A stretch of 64,000 nt of DNA, taken from the IMG/VR virus record IMGVR_UViG_3300042889_001503, positions 1 through 64,000 of that record, one strand, 5' to 3'. Within the stretch, counting starts at the first letter, position 1, and the number at the start of each line of letters is the position of its first letter. A program made the position numbers and the translations under genes. The notes under the pieces were generated by a model, which made no database searches, was not told the DNA's origin, and saw only the letters and a list, made by a program, of their open reading frames with translations. This document shows positions 38,223-49,033 of the stretch, in pieces.

Positions 38223-39683
38223 TTATTCCAAATACTTCACATTAACAATCTGAAATTTGATTTGTTTTTTGTAGGTATTAATCACCCCACTACTCTCAAC
38301 TTTCAAATCAACATAGTATTCGTTTGGTATTTTATCCCTCGTATCGAACATAAAGTAATATTCATTTGGGGTTTGGTTAATTCTTGTCCATCCTTGAACT
38401 TGAACTTCTGTTTGCCCTTCTCTTACATACACTCGGTAATGAGCCTTTACGTTTGGAAGTAACTTATTTGTTGTGTAAGCTTGTTTAATTACCACGCCAA
38501 CTTTTCTAATATCTGTGTTGTATATTTTTTCGTCTTGTTTTATTCCGTAAAAATCAAATCCATAAATCTTTGGGTCCTGAGTTGACGTACCAATTTGAAT
38601 TGAATGTTTTAACGGGTATAATACAAAGTCATTGGTTATATTAGGTAAAGAAAAACCATTTAATTTTAACCCTGACCAAATGTCATAAAAAGAACAAGGT
38701 GTACGATACCCAATTAATGGTGGTATTGTAACTTCATAAACACCTTTGGTTCTCTGACATACATCTAAGTAAGGACTCATTAATCCTAAAATAGGAGTTC
38801 CATTGGAATCCGAAATAGACACTGACGGTAATTCATCTAAGTTGATAGGATTACCATCTTCGTATATGTATAAGTATAATTTATTGATTTTCCCTAACGA
38901 AAATGAGTTTCTGTCATCCTCAATCAAATCATCATAGTTTGTTTCTAAGAATGGTTCGTAGAAGGTTTGAGTATGTCTTGTAAAGAATTGAACTTCGTAG
39001 TTCTCAGTTAACCCCGTTAAGTTTTCAATTTGAGGTAAATAAGCAATTCCCCATCCTGTTACACCGGTTAAACCATTTGTTAAGATATTATTAATTTCAC
39101 TTGTCATATCAAAAGATATGTCTTCATTCCCGAATTGAAAATGTTGTGTGTCTACAATAGTTAACGCACTGTATGGTGTTGAACCTGAATTATTATTGTT
39201 ATAGATACCCGGTGATGTCCACCCACTTAATGTTGTTGTTTGAATCCAATTTGACGGTCTTGTTGAGAAGTTTCTATCTGAATTACTATAATCATATATT
39301 AAGTCAGCAAAGTCATATCCAACACCTTCGTCCCACATTTGGTTGTTAGGTATTCTAAATAATATTAAATCAAAGGAAGTTGCTCTCAATCTAGCTTGAG
39401 ATGTTGTTGTATTTAACTCTTCAATATTAAAGGTTGATGTGTTAACCATTCTTAACGTATGTGTCATAGCATCAGGACAAGTTGTAGATATTGTTCCGTC
39501 AGATATTTTTTCTTGAAGAAGAGACATATCCAAATCAAAAATGAAACGGCTAAACCCATTTGGGTATTGTGAAGTCGCTAATGAACCATAAAATAGTTCA
39601 GTCACAGGGTTTCTTCCGGTGTTTGTTAAACTATTTGATATGATTGTATTGTTTTTACTAAAATAGGAATTGTTAATTGACAT
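38223..39683 (-). CDS. putative structural protein (start MSINNSY)
   Basis: Beta-rich 486-aa ORF; TATTTAT at 39698-39704 just upstream of the ATG at 39683. Confidence 0.7.
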   Translation of the reverse strand: MSINNSYFSKNNTIISNSLTNTGRNPVTELFYGSLATSQYPNGFSRFIFDLDMSLLQEKISDGTISTTCPDAMTHTLRMVNTSTFNIEELNTTTSQARLRATSFDLILFRIPNNQMWDEGVGYDFADLIYDYSNSDRNFSTRPSNWIQTTTLSGWTSPGIYNNNNSGSTPYSALTIVDTQHFQFGNEDISFDMTSEINNILTNGLTGVTGWGIAYLPQIENLTGLTENYEVQFFTRHTQTFYEPFLETNYDDLIEDDRNSFSLGKINKLYLYIYEDGNPINLDELPSVSISDSNGTPILGLMSPYLDVCQRTKGVYEVTIPPLIGYRTPCSFYDIWSGLKLNGFSLPNITNDFVLYPLKHSIQIGTSTQDPKIYGFDFYGIKQDEKIYNTDIRKVGVVIKQAYTTNKLLPNVKAHYRVYVREGQTEVQVQGWTRINQTPNEYYFMFDTRDKIPNEYYVDLKVESSGVINTYKKQIKFQIVNVKYLE

Positions 39684-39705
39684 AAAATCTTTTAACAATA
39701 AATAT

Positions 39706-41274
39706 TTAGTTTAATCGAATATTTTGATTTAAGACAGTATTATTTACATCGGCTAGTAATTGATTGATACTAGTCTTGGTTGTTTTAGAACCTTGAGTCG
39801 CTTCATCCGGAACCATATTAGCATGAGGATGGACGTGATTGTTTAAAAATTCAACAATTTTCTCAATCAGTTTAACCAATTCTTCACCTCTAACACTTGA
39901 GTATGTTTTCTCAAATAATGTATCTCCGGCACCAACAAATTTATCCTGTGGAATACCGTATAACGTATTAGATAAATCAATTTGTCCTTTAGGACTTGTT
40001 GCGTTTTGAGATAATAAAAATACTTTTTGAGCACCTAACACACCGTAAGTAACATCTTCATTTTGAAATGTTGTTGGTATTACTGTTTCTTCTTTAACAG
40101 TTCCTTGAGGACCAAATAAAGGTTTACCCCCTTTATTTTCTGAAACCAAAAACCAACCTTCTTCTTTTGAATTATTTAATTTAATTTTATTAAAAAATCT
40201 TTTGTAATTCACGTATTCAACAACATCATTTAATGCCGTTGATGGTGTAAAGTTTTTACCGGTATCGTATGTTTGTTTTGATGGTGTAACAACAAAAGGA
40301 AATTGGTCAGCAAGATTTTTTGGGTTATTAATTGTTATTCCTGTAAATGTAACATTTGGGTTAAATACTTTAGAAATAAAATCATTAATTGATTTAACCG
40401 ATTCCTGAAAAGTTTTACCCACAAACGATATGGACTCTAGTTCAACACCATAATCTTCACCACTATTTAATTTTAATATGGTATCGTATTTAAAGTTGTC
40501 CGTATTAACTTTTGGACTTGGTTTAAGATTATACAATTTAACTGACCCGGTAAAGGAATCTGCCGTCGTATTTAATGTTGCAATATCCCAAACAATCATT
40601 TTTTTAACTAATAAAACATCTTGAACTAATCTATATTTTGTTTCAGGTGGTAATGTTTTTTTAGTTTGAGTAAATCTTGTTAACTGTAAAAAGGCTCTAT
40701 TTTGATTACCAATTGGGAATTTATCTTTAGATAATTCTTTTGTTTTTCCGGCACGGATTAATACTTCATTTTCTTTTACAATAACGTCAGCGGTTCCTCT
40801 ACCTAACAAAGCGTTGTCACCAGGTTCAGGGAAGATACCTTGACTGTTTTTATCACGGTATTCACCGTCTTGGTTTTTAAGACTCATACCTTGTTTAATT
40901 CTATCTCCGGCTGCCAAGAATTTTTTGGCGCCTTGGTAGTGTTCAAAAGGTGTTGTCATTGGAGACGAGAACGGACCTTGAATATAAAATTGGTTATTAA
41001 ATTCGGACATTCTATTCATATAAACAATATGAACATACTCATCCTTTTTAGGTGTCTGACTAATATAAAACGGTAATAACGGCATAAAAAGTAATGGGTC
41101 TCTCGATGTCCATATATCTTTTTGTTCATCCCAATTCGGAACGGACGCGATTATATCGTTATAATTTTTAGTTTCAGGAATAACTCTAATTCTACCCAAC
41201 ATCATTGGGTCTTGGTTATCGTAAACATATCCCGGAAATAATATTTGATACTTATTTTGACTATCTATTATCAT
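39706..41274 (-). CDS. baseplate hub/spike protein (gp5/VgrG-like)
   Basis: N-terminal OB-fold signature DNQDPMMLGRIRV; PEPGD..L.GR; C-terminal VRGEEL...HVHPH metal-binding tip. Confidence 0.7.
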   Translation of the reverse strand: MIIDSQNKYQILFPGYVYDNQDPMMLGRIRVIPETKNYNDIIASVPNWDEQKDIWTSRDPLLFMPLLPFYISQTPKKDEYVHIVYMNRMSEFNNQFYIQGPFSSPMTTPFEHYQGAKKFLAAGDRIKQGMSLKNQDGEYRDKNSQGIFPEPGDNALLGRGTADVIVKENEVLIRAGKTKELSKDKFPIGNQNRAFLQLTRFTQTKKTLPPETKYRLVQDVLLVKKMIVWDIATLNTTADSFTGSVKLYNLKPSPKVNTDNFKYDTILKLNSGEDYGVELESISFVGKTFQESVKSINDFISKVFNPNVTFTGITINNPKNLADQFPFVVTPSKQTYDTGKNFTPSTALNDVVEYVNYKRFFNKIKLNNSKEEGWFLVSENKGGKPLFGPQGTVKEETVIPTTFQNEDVTYGVLGAQKVFLLSQNATSPKGQIDLSNTLYGIPQDKFVGAGDTLFEKTYSSVRGEELVKLIEKIVEFLNNHVHPHANMVPDEATQGSKTTKTSINQLLADVNNTVLNQNIRLN

Positions 41275-41485
41275 TTGGTTTTATTCTTTTTTGATATTCT
41301 TTTAATATGGTGTTGTAAGTTAACTCTAACTTATCTAATTGTTCAGTTCCTTTTAAAACTAATTTTTTAGTAAATTCAAAATCCTCCAAAAGATAATCCA
41401 TCGCAAGAATTAAATCTTTATTTGACGATGTTTTATGTTCTTTAATGATTTGTAATACTTTTTCAGATTTTTCTTTCTTATCCAT
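41261..41485 (-). CDS. hypothetical protein
   Basis: 74-aa ORF within the operon. Confidence 0.7.
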   Translation of the reverse strand: MDKKEKSEKVLQIIKEHKTSSNKDLILAMDYLLEDFEFTKKLVLKGTEQLDKLELTYNTILKEYQKRIKPNDNR

Positions 41486-41487
41486 AA

Positions 41488-43383
41488 TTAGAATTTTTTA
41501 CCATACGAACTGGCAGGAACAGTCAAGAACGCCGGAGTTACCACCAATGGTCCCACCGCAACTTGAAGTTTATTATTTTCCGCATCTTCCATAGCCATCG
41601 CTTTCATTTGTCCAAACTTCCCTAATAAATCAAAATTTGGTGCACCACTTGGCATCGCTCCGGTAGGGATTCCCATACTTTGCATTTCTTCAATGGCACC
41701 AATAAAGGCTCTTGATTCGGAGTAACCATCCAATAATTGTGCGGCATATAAGAATGGTAATGGTATTCCACTACTCAGTCCGGGGAGATTTAATAAATTC
41801 AATAACGCCAATATATCGTCTATTAAGTTTTTACACTTACGATAATCCGTTATCAATCCAATGATTGCCAATAATAACGCAATTAATTTTAATATCATTG
41901 CATATTTTTTAACAATCTTTTCTTTAACAATATCTTTAATAACTTGTTGAACAAGTTTCAAAATGTCTTCTTTAATTAATTTAAACAATTCCTCAACAAA
42001 TATTGCACCTACTTTAGATACTAAATTAATGAAGAACTTTTTAAATATTTTAGCGAAATCAACAAATGATTTTATATTGTCCGCCAATGTATTACCCAAC
42101 GCTTTATACATAACAATAATTGGTAATATCATTTTTGGAGTAATTAAAGCACTAATCATTCCGTTACTTATTAATTTTATAAAATTTGTGTCAACAACAA
42201 CCTGTGGGGTAACATTTATTCCAACACCAATCCAAGCCGGATTGTTTGCCAAAACATCTGTTATGTTATTTGCCGCCTCTTCAAACTCAGAACCTTCATA
42301 AAAATTTAATTGTCCTAACGCACTTATAATTTCGTTGAAGTTAACAGGTAAATCAATGTTATCACAATCCTCAAATTGAATAACCCCTTTCTTAATGTTT
42401 TGTGTTCTAATATCAATATTTCTTAAATCAATTTCAGTAAACTCAAAAAATGAATCGTCAACACCATCTAGTTCAGCTATCTTAGCAATACCACTAGTAT
42501 CTATTTCATTACCCCTACTATCAAAACAAAGTCCTAATATTCTTGCCAATATTAATTCGTATTTACTTGCGTTTTCAACTTGAGATGTTCCCGCAGATAC
42601 TTTCATTGATATTGCACCGGATAAGGATTCCATAATAGACCCAATAATATCGGTGTCTTCCGCCATTCTTATTGTGTCGTAATAATCAACCATAAATTCA
42701 CCTACTCTAAGAGGTCCGGTTCTACTACTTAAATCAACCTGAAACCAACCACCTGTTACACCATTTGGGTCAGCGTTTACATATTGTATTTTAAATAAAT
42801 CTTGACCCGACTTACCTACGTGAGTGTATATACTATTATTTTGAGTTAATTGATGTAATTCTCGATTCATTGAGAATGGAATTTGTCCTACTTGAATCGA
42901 CTTCTTTTCGTAAACAACAGCACCTACTTCATCTTGGGGGTCAATTAATAATCTATTAAATAAATCGATAGAACCAACTTTTACATAAATTGTTTCCGGA
43001 GATGTGTATGTTTGTTGTTGGTCACACCCTAATGCTGTTAAACAATCTTTAATAACAATTGTTCGTAACCTTGGTTGTACGTTTTTAATTGTTCTAATTA
43101 AGAGTCTTTTAATATATGATGGTGAACCACTACCATTTCCACCTGTTGTGTTGGTTAAATCTAAAAGTTGTTCAAATTGGTTTTTTACTTGTTTCTGATA
43201 TCTTTTAGTTTGACTTTTAACACTGTTTAATGATTCTGAAACTTGAGATTTTGTTTTTTCAAAGGAACTACCCGCTTTTCTATTTGCCTCGTCATACTGA
43301 GACTTAATATCAGCAAAAGATTTTGTTGCGTTAACTTTCTTTTGAATTTTATTATATCCAAAATTAATGTCTAATGAACCCAT
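41488..43383 (-). CDS. hypothetical protein, probably baseplate/tail-associated
   Basis: 631-aa ORF next to the gp5-like gene. Confidence 0.7.
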   Translation of the reverse strand: MGSLDINFGYNKIQKKVNATKSFADIKSQYDEANRKAGSSFEKTKSQVSESLNSVKSQTKRYQKQVKNQFEQLLDLTNTTGGNGSGSPSYIKRLLIRTIKNVQPRLRTIVIKDCLTALGCDQQQTYTSPETIYVKVGSIDLFNRLLIDPQDEVGAVVYEKKSIQVGQIPFSMNRELHQLTQNNSIYTHVGKSGQDLFKIQYVNADPNGVTGGWFQVDLSSRTGPLRVGEFMVDYYDTIRMAEDTDIIGSIMESLSGAISMKVSAGTSQVENASKYELILARILGLCFDSRGNEIDTSGIAKIAELDGVDDSFFEFTEIDLRNIDIRTQNIKKGVIQFEDCDNIDLPVNFNEIISALGQLNFYEGSEFEEAANNITDVLANNPAWIGVGINVTPQVVVDTNFIKLISNGMISALITPKMILPIIVMYKALGNTLADNIKSFVDFAKIFKKFFINLVSKVGAIFVEELFKLIKEDILKLVQQVIKDIVKEKIVKKYAMILKLIALLLAIIGLITDYRKCKNLIDDILALLNLLNLPGLSSGIPLPFLYAAQLLDGYSESRAFIGAIEEMQSMGIPTGAMPSGAPNFDLLGKFGQMKAMAMEDAENNKLQVAVGPLVVTPAFLTVPASSYGKKF

Positions 43384-43384
43384 A

Positions 43385-43765
43385 TTATTTTTTCATTTTA
43401 TAAGAATCGTTATCTTTTGAAATGTCTTTTTCCATTAGAGTTCTGAATAGTTCATCATCCCCTAAATCAGTTATTGAGAATCCTGCTCCACTATCTTTAT
43501 TAGCGTTAGATTTTTCCCACATAGAAGATTGTAACTTAGATAGGGTTAGTTTTTTCTCAATACAGTCGTTAACAATTTTTTGTTGTTTTTCGATAACCGG
43601 ACCAATGACAGTCATATCCTCCGGTTCTTTCATCATTGTTAACATCTTGTTTTGTATTCTTATTGCAGTATTTCGTTGTTCCACAACTTCGTTATAGATT
43701 TCCTGCATCAATGATAACATTGATTCTTTTGAAAGATTAATTTCTTTTTTTGTCGGTCTTGCCAT
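43385..43765 (-). CDS. hypothetical coiled-coil protein
   Basis: ORF with TATTTAT at 43770-43776. Confidence 0.7.
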   Translation of the reverse strand: MARPTKKEINLSKESMLSLMQEIYNEVVEQRNTAIRIQNKMLTMMKEPEDMTVIGPVIEKQQKIVNDCIEKKLTLSKLQSSMWEKSNANKDSGAGFSITDLGDDELFRTLMEKDISKDNDSYKMKK

Positions 43766-43790
43766 AACAATAAATATTTAATATTGGATT

Positions 43791-44540
43791 TTATTTAACC
43801 ATAGTTTGGACTAACTCAAAATACATATTTTTATATTTCTTCATTGACCCTCTAATTTCTTTAGTAGAAAGGTTGGTCATTTCCCTCAATGAGAGTAATA
43901 TTATATTCTTGTTGAATTTATTATTGTCGTTACCCACAAAAATATTTTCATAATTATCGAATAAATCGTATAATGCTTGTCCGAGTTTTATTTCATTCTC
44001 ACTTAGATTTTCATTTTTAACAAACAAATCTAATTTGATTAAAAAATGATGAATAATCCTTTCAGAATCTAAATTATCATTTTCAATGTAATATGCGAAC
44101 CCTTCATCGTTTTCTAAACTAGTTGAAATATCTTCGTAAGAAATTTTTCTATTAGTTTCTTTTTGGTCCTTAATAATTTGACCCATAAGATAATTTTTAC
44201 ATATGGTTCCAAAATAAGAGTAAGCCTTCTTTTCTTTAGAAGGCTTAAACTTATCTATTTTTGTTATTAAGAATGAGTGAGTATCTGTATGGATTTCATT
44301 AAAATCCATGTCTTTTCTATATAATTTGTATCTTCTTATAATCGAAGATATCATCTTATCTAAAGGTTTTAATAAAAACTCATTATAAATTTTATTTCTC
44401 TCGTGATGACATTCGGTTTCTAAAAATCGAACAACTGCCAGTTCTTCTCGAACATCAAAATAATTTAATTGGGTTGGTTTTCTACCTTTCTTCTTTAACT
44501 CAACGCTGGTGTCTCCTGTCAAATTAACTGATTCAGTCAT
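43791..44540 (-). CDS. sigma-factor-like protein (T4 gp55-like late sigma)
   Basis: Region-2-like KIDKFKPSKEKKAYSYFGTICKNYL. Confidence 0.6.
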   Translation of the reverse strand: MTESVNLTGDTSVELKKKGRKPTQLNYFDVREELAVVRFLETECHHERNKIYNEFLLKPLDKMISSIIRRYKLYRKDMDFNEIHTDTHSFLITKIDKFKPSKEKKAYSYFGTICKNYLMGQIIKDQKETNRKISYEDISTSLENDEGFAYYIENDNLDSERIIHHFLIKLDLFVKNENLSENEIKLGQALYDLFDNYENIFVGNDNNKFNKNIILLSLREMTNLSTKEIRGSMKKYKNMYFELVQTMVK

Positions 44541-45352
44541 TACGATTCTTGAGATTCGTATTTTATGGCTCTGTCATTAATAAAGAAAAACTCTTTTTTT
44601 GCTGACTCTACCCAAAATTTAACCTCGTCCGGGGAAATGATATCGTCACCATTTTTGTAATTCCAAAAAATAGAACCTTCACGTAAGTTCATATGTTTGT
44701 AACCAATTTTAGGAATTGTCATAATTCTTATTGAGTTGTATGTCATTCTTAAAAAGAATTCGTACCCAAAGGTTAATTTAAACGATGGTTTTAACAATCC
44801 ATAATCAATGAATGATTCTTTTTTAATTACTATCCCTGATAGTTGGAAATTTTGATAATCCATTAACGTTTCATTTGTTAAGATTCCCATTTCAGGTGTA
44901 AAATTTGCTGCGAATGTTGCCTCATTAGTGAAACCCGCAAAATTTGTGTTTTGGTCTACGTCAACAACTATTGGTAAAAATGCCGATACCTCAGGATATA
45001 TTTCAGAATATTTAAGAACGTTCTTAAACCAAATTGAAGAATATTCATCATCAAATTCAAACAATGAAACCCACGTTGATTTTGCACTTCTAACACCATA
45101 GTTAATTTGTGCCGAGTAATTTGGTTCTTTAGTCCACTCAACTTTAATTACCGGTAAATCACCAAAGTCAAAATCGTTTAAGTATTCAACTAAAGATGTT
45201 TCGTTAGTATGAACAATAACAAGTTCTTTTATTTCTGTTTTTTGTATTCTTAACGAATCGATAGCTTTTTTAAAGTATTCGTCAAAATCTCGTGCTTTAG
45301 ACGATTTAATCGGTAAGATAACCGATACATCAAATGTTTTAATTTCTTCCAT
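44540..45352 (-). CDS. glycosyltransferase, GT2/GT-A fold
   Basis: VSVILPI, NYGV, FEFDDEY. Confidence 0.75.
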   Translation of the reverse strand: MEEIKTFDVSVILPIKSSKARDFDEYFKKAIDSLRIQKTEIKELVIVHTNETSLVEYLNDFDFGDLPVIKVEWTKEPNYSAQINYGVRSAKSTWVSLFEFDDEYSSIWFKNVLKYSEIYPEVSAFLPIVVDVDQNTNFAGFTNEATFAANFTPEMGILTNETLMDYQNFQLSGIVIKKESFIDYGLLKPSFKLTFGYEFFLRMTYNSIRIMTIPKIGYKHMNLREGSIFWNYKNGDDIISPDEVKFWVESAKKEFFFINDRAIKYESQES

Positions 45353-45359
45353 ATTGTTC

Positions 45360-46415
45360 TTAAATTGTTTGTAGTTTAGATAATTGTTCAGTAAAAGATT
45401 CTTGTCTTGACGTTAAATATTTATCAAATAATTCAACAGATTCTTTTTCAAAAGATTCTTTAGTTGGTAATGAATCAACAGTTTTTTTCATTTGAATAAA
45501 TAAGTTTTCGTTTACATTATCCTCTAACCAATTTTGTAAATAATCGGCAATGAAGTCAACTAATTGTATTTTATTGTTAATCCATAAACCATTTTCCTCA
45601 CTCATCCATTCAGGAATTAAACTAGGAACTAAACCTAATACAGGTATTCCACATTTCATAGATTCTAATGGGTATGTTCCATAAGCACTTGTCTCATCAA
45701 TCCATACTGATAAACAAGATTCTTCCAACCCGGTTGAAAATTCTTTTTCTGTTAGACTTCTCATATCTCTGAAGGTTACCCATCTATATTGAGGAAATTT
45801 AATGTAGAATGTTTTAATTAAGTTAACCGTATCTCTTTGGTCTCTTGAATGTACTGTAATGATTGGTTTTGCGGGTAAGGTTTGAGGTTTAAAACTATCA
45901 GAAATGTATGGAGTTAAGATATCAAAAGATATGTTTCTCATAACACTTTCGATTTGTTCTTTTTGTTTGTTTGATGTTGTTATACATTTTAAAAATCCTA
46001 AGTCACTCCAAGATTGTCCTGGCTGTAACGTTTCTAACATATGGTCGTATGATTGACATAATACAATTTTACCACAAGGTAAATTGTTAACTTGAGACAT
46101 AACAAAACCGTATAGTTCCGGGATGATAATTAAGTCTTCCGGAGAAACATCTAAATTCTGACCCTCAATTGATTTATGTGGTATTACCATATATTCTTCA
46201 CCTAACCATTCAGATACACCAGTGTAATCAGGAGTTTCGTGTAAAATAATTGGGTTATACCCGGCGTTTAATAATGATAACGCTAATCTATAGATGTAAG
46301 CAATAGATGCTTTAGCGTTACCTTTGGTGTCTTGAGCAATAAGATAAATTCTAGATTTCTTATTTTTCATATTCTCAATAGACAATTCTAATTTTGTAAT
46401 TTGTTCTTGATTCAT
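45360..46415 (-). CDS. glycosyltransferase, GT-B-like
   Basis: SAYGTYPLESMKCGIPVLG motif. Confidence 0.7.
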   Translation of the reverse strand: MNQEQITKLELSIENMKNKKSRIYLIAQDTKGNAKASIAYIYRLALSLLNAGYNPIILHETPDYTGVSEWLGEEYMVIPHKSIEGQNLDVSPEDLIIIPELYGFVMSQVNNLPCGKIVLCQSYDHMLETLQPGQSWSDLGFLKCITTSNKQKEQIESVMRNISFDILTPYISDSFKPQTLPAKPIITVHSRDQRDTVNLIKTFYIKFPQYRWVTFRDMRSLTEKEFSTGLEESCLSVWIDETSAYGTYPLESMKCGIPVLGLVPSLIPEWMSEENGLWINNKIQLVDFIADYLQNWLEDNVNENLFIQMKKTVDSLPTKESFEKESVELFDKYLTSRQESFTEQLSKLQTI

Positions 46416-46416
46416 A

Positions 46417-46695
46417 TTATATTTTATTTAGTAAGTTTTTATAAAGTAGCGTGTTAAACGCAATTTTAAATGGTATTGATAAATTGTTAGTACCCTTTGC
46501 ACCTAATTGTTCATCAATCTCTTCCGGTTCGTCCATAATTATTTCCATCATTAATTTAACCGTTTCATATTTAATTATACTAATGTGGGTTGATTCTGTA
46601 ATACCTGAGGTAACAACTTTATCCCCTTTAATTTGAACGTAGTCATCTATTTTGTCTAAATCCAAATAATAATTTTCACCTAATACTTTTAACAT
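46417..46695 (-). CDS. hypothetical protein
   Basis: ORF within the operon. Confidence 0.7.
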   Translation of the reverse strand: MLKVLGENYYLDLDKIDDYVQIKGDKVVTSGITESTHISIIKYETVKLMMEIIMDEPEEIDEQLGAKGTNNLSIPFKIAFNTLLYKNLLNKI

Positions 46696-47291
46696 TATAT
46701 TATTTTTGTTAATTCAAATTCTAATTCTTTAATTGTTGTTATAGAATTGTCTAATTTGATATGTTTATTGTATTCCGTTTGATATTGTATGATAATTTTA
46801 TCATCCGGATGTTCTAATAATAAGGCGGGATTAGCCGTAAGTAAAACATCAATTTCGTCCCACATTGAATTTATTGTCATATTACTATAGAATTTTACTT
46901 TTTCTATCTGACAACCAAATTTTGATAAGAAGAATAACGATGATGGTTTTGACCTACCCATTTCATCAGACACAATTAATATGTCGTGATTATCTCTTAA
47001 ATTTACGTATATCTCATTTAAATCATTGAAGGTTGAATATTCAGTTGATTGAGAGTGTCCAAAAATTTCCATAGGAAACTCCTCATATAAAAATGAATAT
47101 AATTCTTCGTCCGTTTGGAACTTAAAATGATTTCTAAGATTTAAACTATCTACCGGTAGGGATATCTCATATTTAAAAGATTCTTCGTCTTCCAACCCCT
47201 CCGTCTTATCTATCATATATTTTTGATAGGTTTGTTCTATTTTATCTATTGTATTTCTTAATACTCCGTTAATCTCAATTGCTATTCTCAT
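46695..47291 (-). CDS. HAD-like 5'(3')-nucleotidase homolog with degenerate motif I
   Basis: MRIAIEINGVLRN in place of DxDGVL; C-terminal EYNK. Confidence 0.5.
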   Translation of the reverse strand: MRIAIEINGVLRNTIDKIEQTYQKYMIDKTEGLEDEESFKYEISLPVDSLNLRNHFKFQTDEELYSFLYEEFPMEIFGHSQSTEYSTFNDLNEIYVNLRDNHDILIVSDEMGRSKPSSLFFLSKFGCQIEKVKFYSNMTINSMWDEIDVLLTANPALLLEHPDDKIIIQYQTEYNKHIKLDNSITTIKELEFELTKII

Positions 47292-48036
47292 CCGGTTCGT
47301 TATCGTATTTACGTAATATCTTACTAATTAATGGGTTTCGTACAATATCGTTTTTATCTTTAAATTCAAACGTTGACACATAGTCATCATCTCTAAACTT
47401 TTCGATTGCGTCCCATAAACCACTGTGGGTTTTATTTTTATATTTGTCCGATTGTTCCACATCACCTGATATGAAGAATTTACTGTTAAACCCAATTCTT
47501 GTTAAAAGAAGTTTCATTTGACTTGGCGAGGCATTCTGACCTTCTTCAAATATTAGAATAGAATTATCAATATTCATACCTCTCATAAACGCTAATGCAA
47601 ATACTTCAATAACTTCAATCTCTTTAAGTTTTTCACGAGATTCTTTTCCAATAATTTTATTTAATAAATAATATGATGGAAAAATATATGGGTCTAATTT
47701 TTCTTCTACGTTACCGGGTAGTGAACCTAATTTTTCTTCGGCTTCAACCGCCGGTCTAACAATGATAATTTTCTCATAAGGAGTTTTTGGGTCTGATAAT
47801 AAATCAATTGCAGCTTTCATTGTTATGTAACTTTTACCAACGCCCGCTGGTCCGGAACAAACAGTAATTTCACTTTCAATTAGAGTATCGTAATACTTTT
47901 TTTGATTTACTGTTAAAAACTTTTCTTTAGTTTTTCTCCTGATGATTTGACCAATTAAATCTTTTTTACTTACCGGTTTACCGGTGACTTCCGGAGTCGG
48001 AGTTGTTGTTGGTTTTCTTTTTCTAGCTTCAGCCAT
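47275..48036 (-). CDS. phoH: PhoH-family ATPase
   Basis: GPAGVGKS, RPAVE, LGSLPG, AFMRG, EGQN, GDVEQSD, DIVRNPLI. Confidence 0.92.
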   Translation of the reverse strand: MAEARKRKPTTTPTPEVTGKPVSKKDLIGQIIRRKTKEKFLTVNQKKYYDTLIESEITVCSGPAGVGKSYITMKAAIDLLSDPKTPYEKIIIVRPAVEAEEKLGSLPGNVEEKLDPYIFPSYYLLNKIIGKESREKLKEIEVIEVFALAFMRGMNIDNSILIFEEGQNASPSQMKLLLTRIGFNSKFFISGDVEQSDKYKNKTHSGLWDAIEKFRDDDYVSTFEFKDKNDIVRNPLISKILRKYDNEPDENSN

Positions 48037-48043
48037 TTTTTAA

Positions 48044-49033
48044 TTATTGTTGTTTATAATATGTTAACCAATGTTCAATCATTTCGTCTAACATAGTTTC
48101 AAAGGTATAGTCGTGAGTCCATCCCGTTGCTTTTACTAATTTTGATGGGTCACCTTTTAAATTATGTAATTCTTCCGGTCTTAAAAACTTCTCATCTTGT
48201 TTCACATATAATTCCCAATCTAAATCTAATTTTCCAAAAACATACTCACATAGGTCTTGTACTGAATGTGATATCCCTGTTGCACATACAAAATCATCAG
48301 GTTTATCCAATTGAAGAATCTCCCACATTACTTTAACATAATCTTTAGCGTGTCCCCAATCTCGAGTAGCATCTAAGTTACCTAGTTTAAGTTCATTCGA
48401 TAATCCAAATTTAATTTTAACGGCCTCTTTACAGACTTTATTAGTTACAAAGTTAGTTCCTCTTCTTGGTGATTCGTGGTTGAATAATATTCCGTTTGAT
48501 ATGAACATACCATAAGAATTTCTATAGTTACGACAAATATTGTAACTAAAAACTTTGGCACATCCGTAAGGTGATACAGGGTTCAATGGTGTAGTTTCTC
48601 TTTGATATCCATCGGTATCAATTGAATTACCAAACATTTCTGATGATGACGCTTGATAAATTTTAATAGATGGGTCTAATAATTTAACCGACTCTAAAAC
48701 ATTTAAAGTTCCTATTCCAGTAACATTTGCGGTGTATAATGGTTGGTCAAATGATATTCTTACGTGTGACTGAGCGGCTAAATTATATATCTCAATTGGT
48801 TTAACCTCACTAATAACTCGTACTAATGATGATAAGTCAGTTAAATCAGCGTAATGTAATTTAACTTTATCATATACTTTATCCAATCTTGATGTTTGAT
48901 TTTCTGCTACTGAATTTCTTTTTAAAGTTCCGTGAACTTCATATCCTTTTTCTATTAAGAATTCTGCAAGATAAGAACCATCTTGACCATTAATCCCTGT
49001 AATTAAAGCAATTTTATTTTCTTGTGTTTTCAT
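48044..49033 (-). CDS. gmd: GDP-mannose 4,6-dehydratase
   Basis: ALITGINGQDGSYLAE, NLAAQSHV, YQASSSEMFG, SPYGCAK, NHESPRRG, RDWGHAKDYV. Confidence 0.95.
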   Translation of the reverse strand: MKTQENKIALITGINGQDGSYLAEFLIEKGYEVHGTLKRNSVAENQTSRLDKVYDKVKLHYADLTDLSSLVRVISEVKPIEIYNLAAQSHVRISFDQPLYTANVTGIGTLNVLESVKLLDPSIKIYQASSSEMFGNSIDTDGYQRETTPLNPVSPYGCAKVFSYNICRNYRNSYGMFISNGILFNHESPRRGTNFVTNKVCKEAVKIKFGLSNELKLGNLDATRDWGHAKDYVKVMWEILQLDKPDDFVCATGISHSVQDLCEYVFGKLDLDWELYVKQDEKFLRPEELHNLKGDPSKLVKATGWTHDYTFETMLDEMIEHWLTYYKQQ

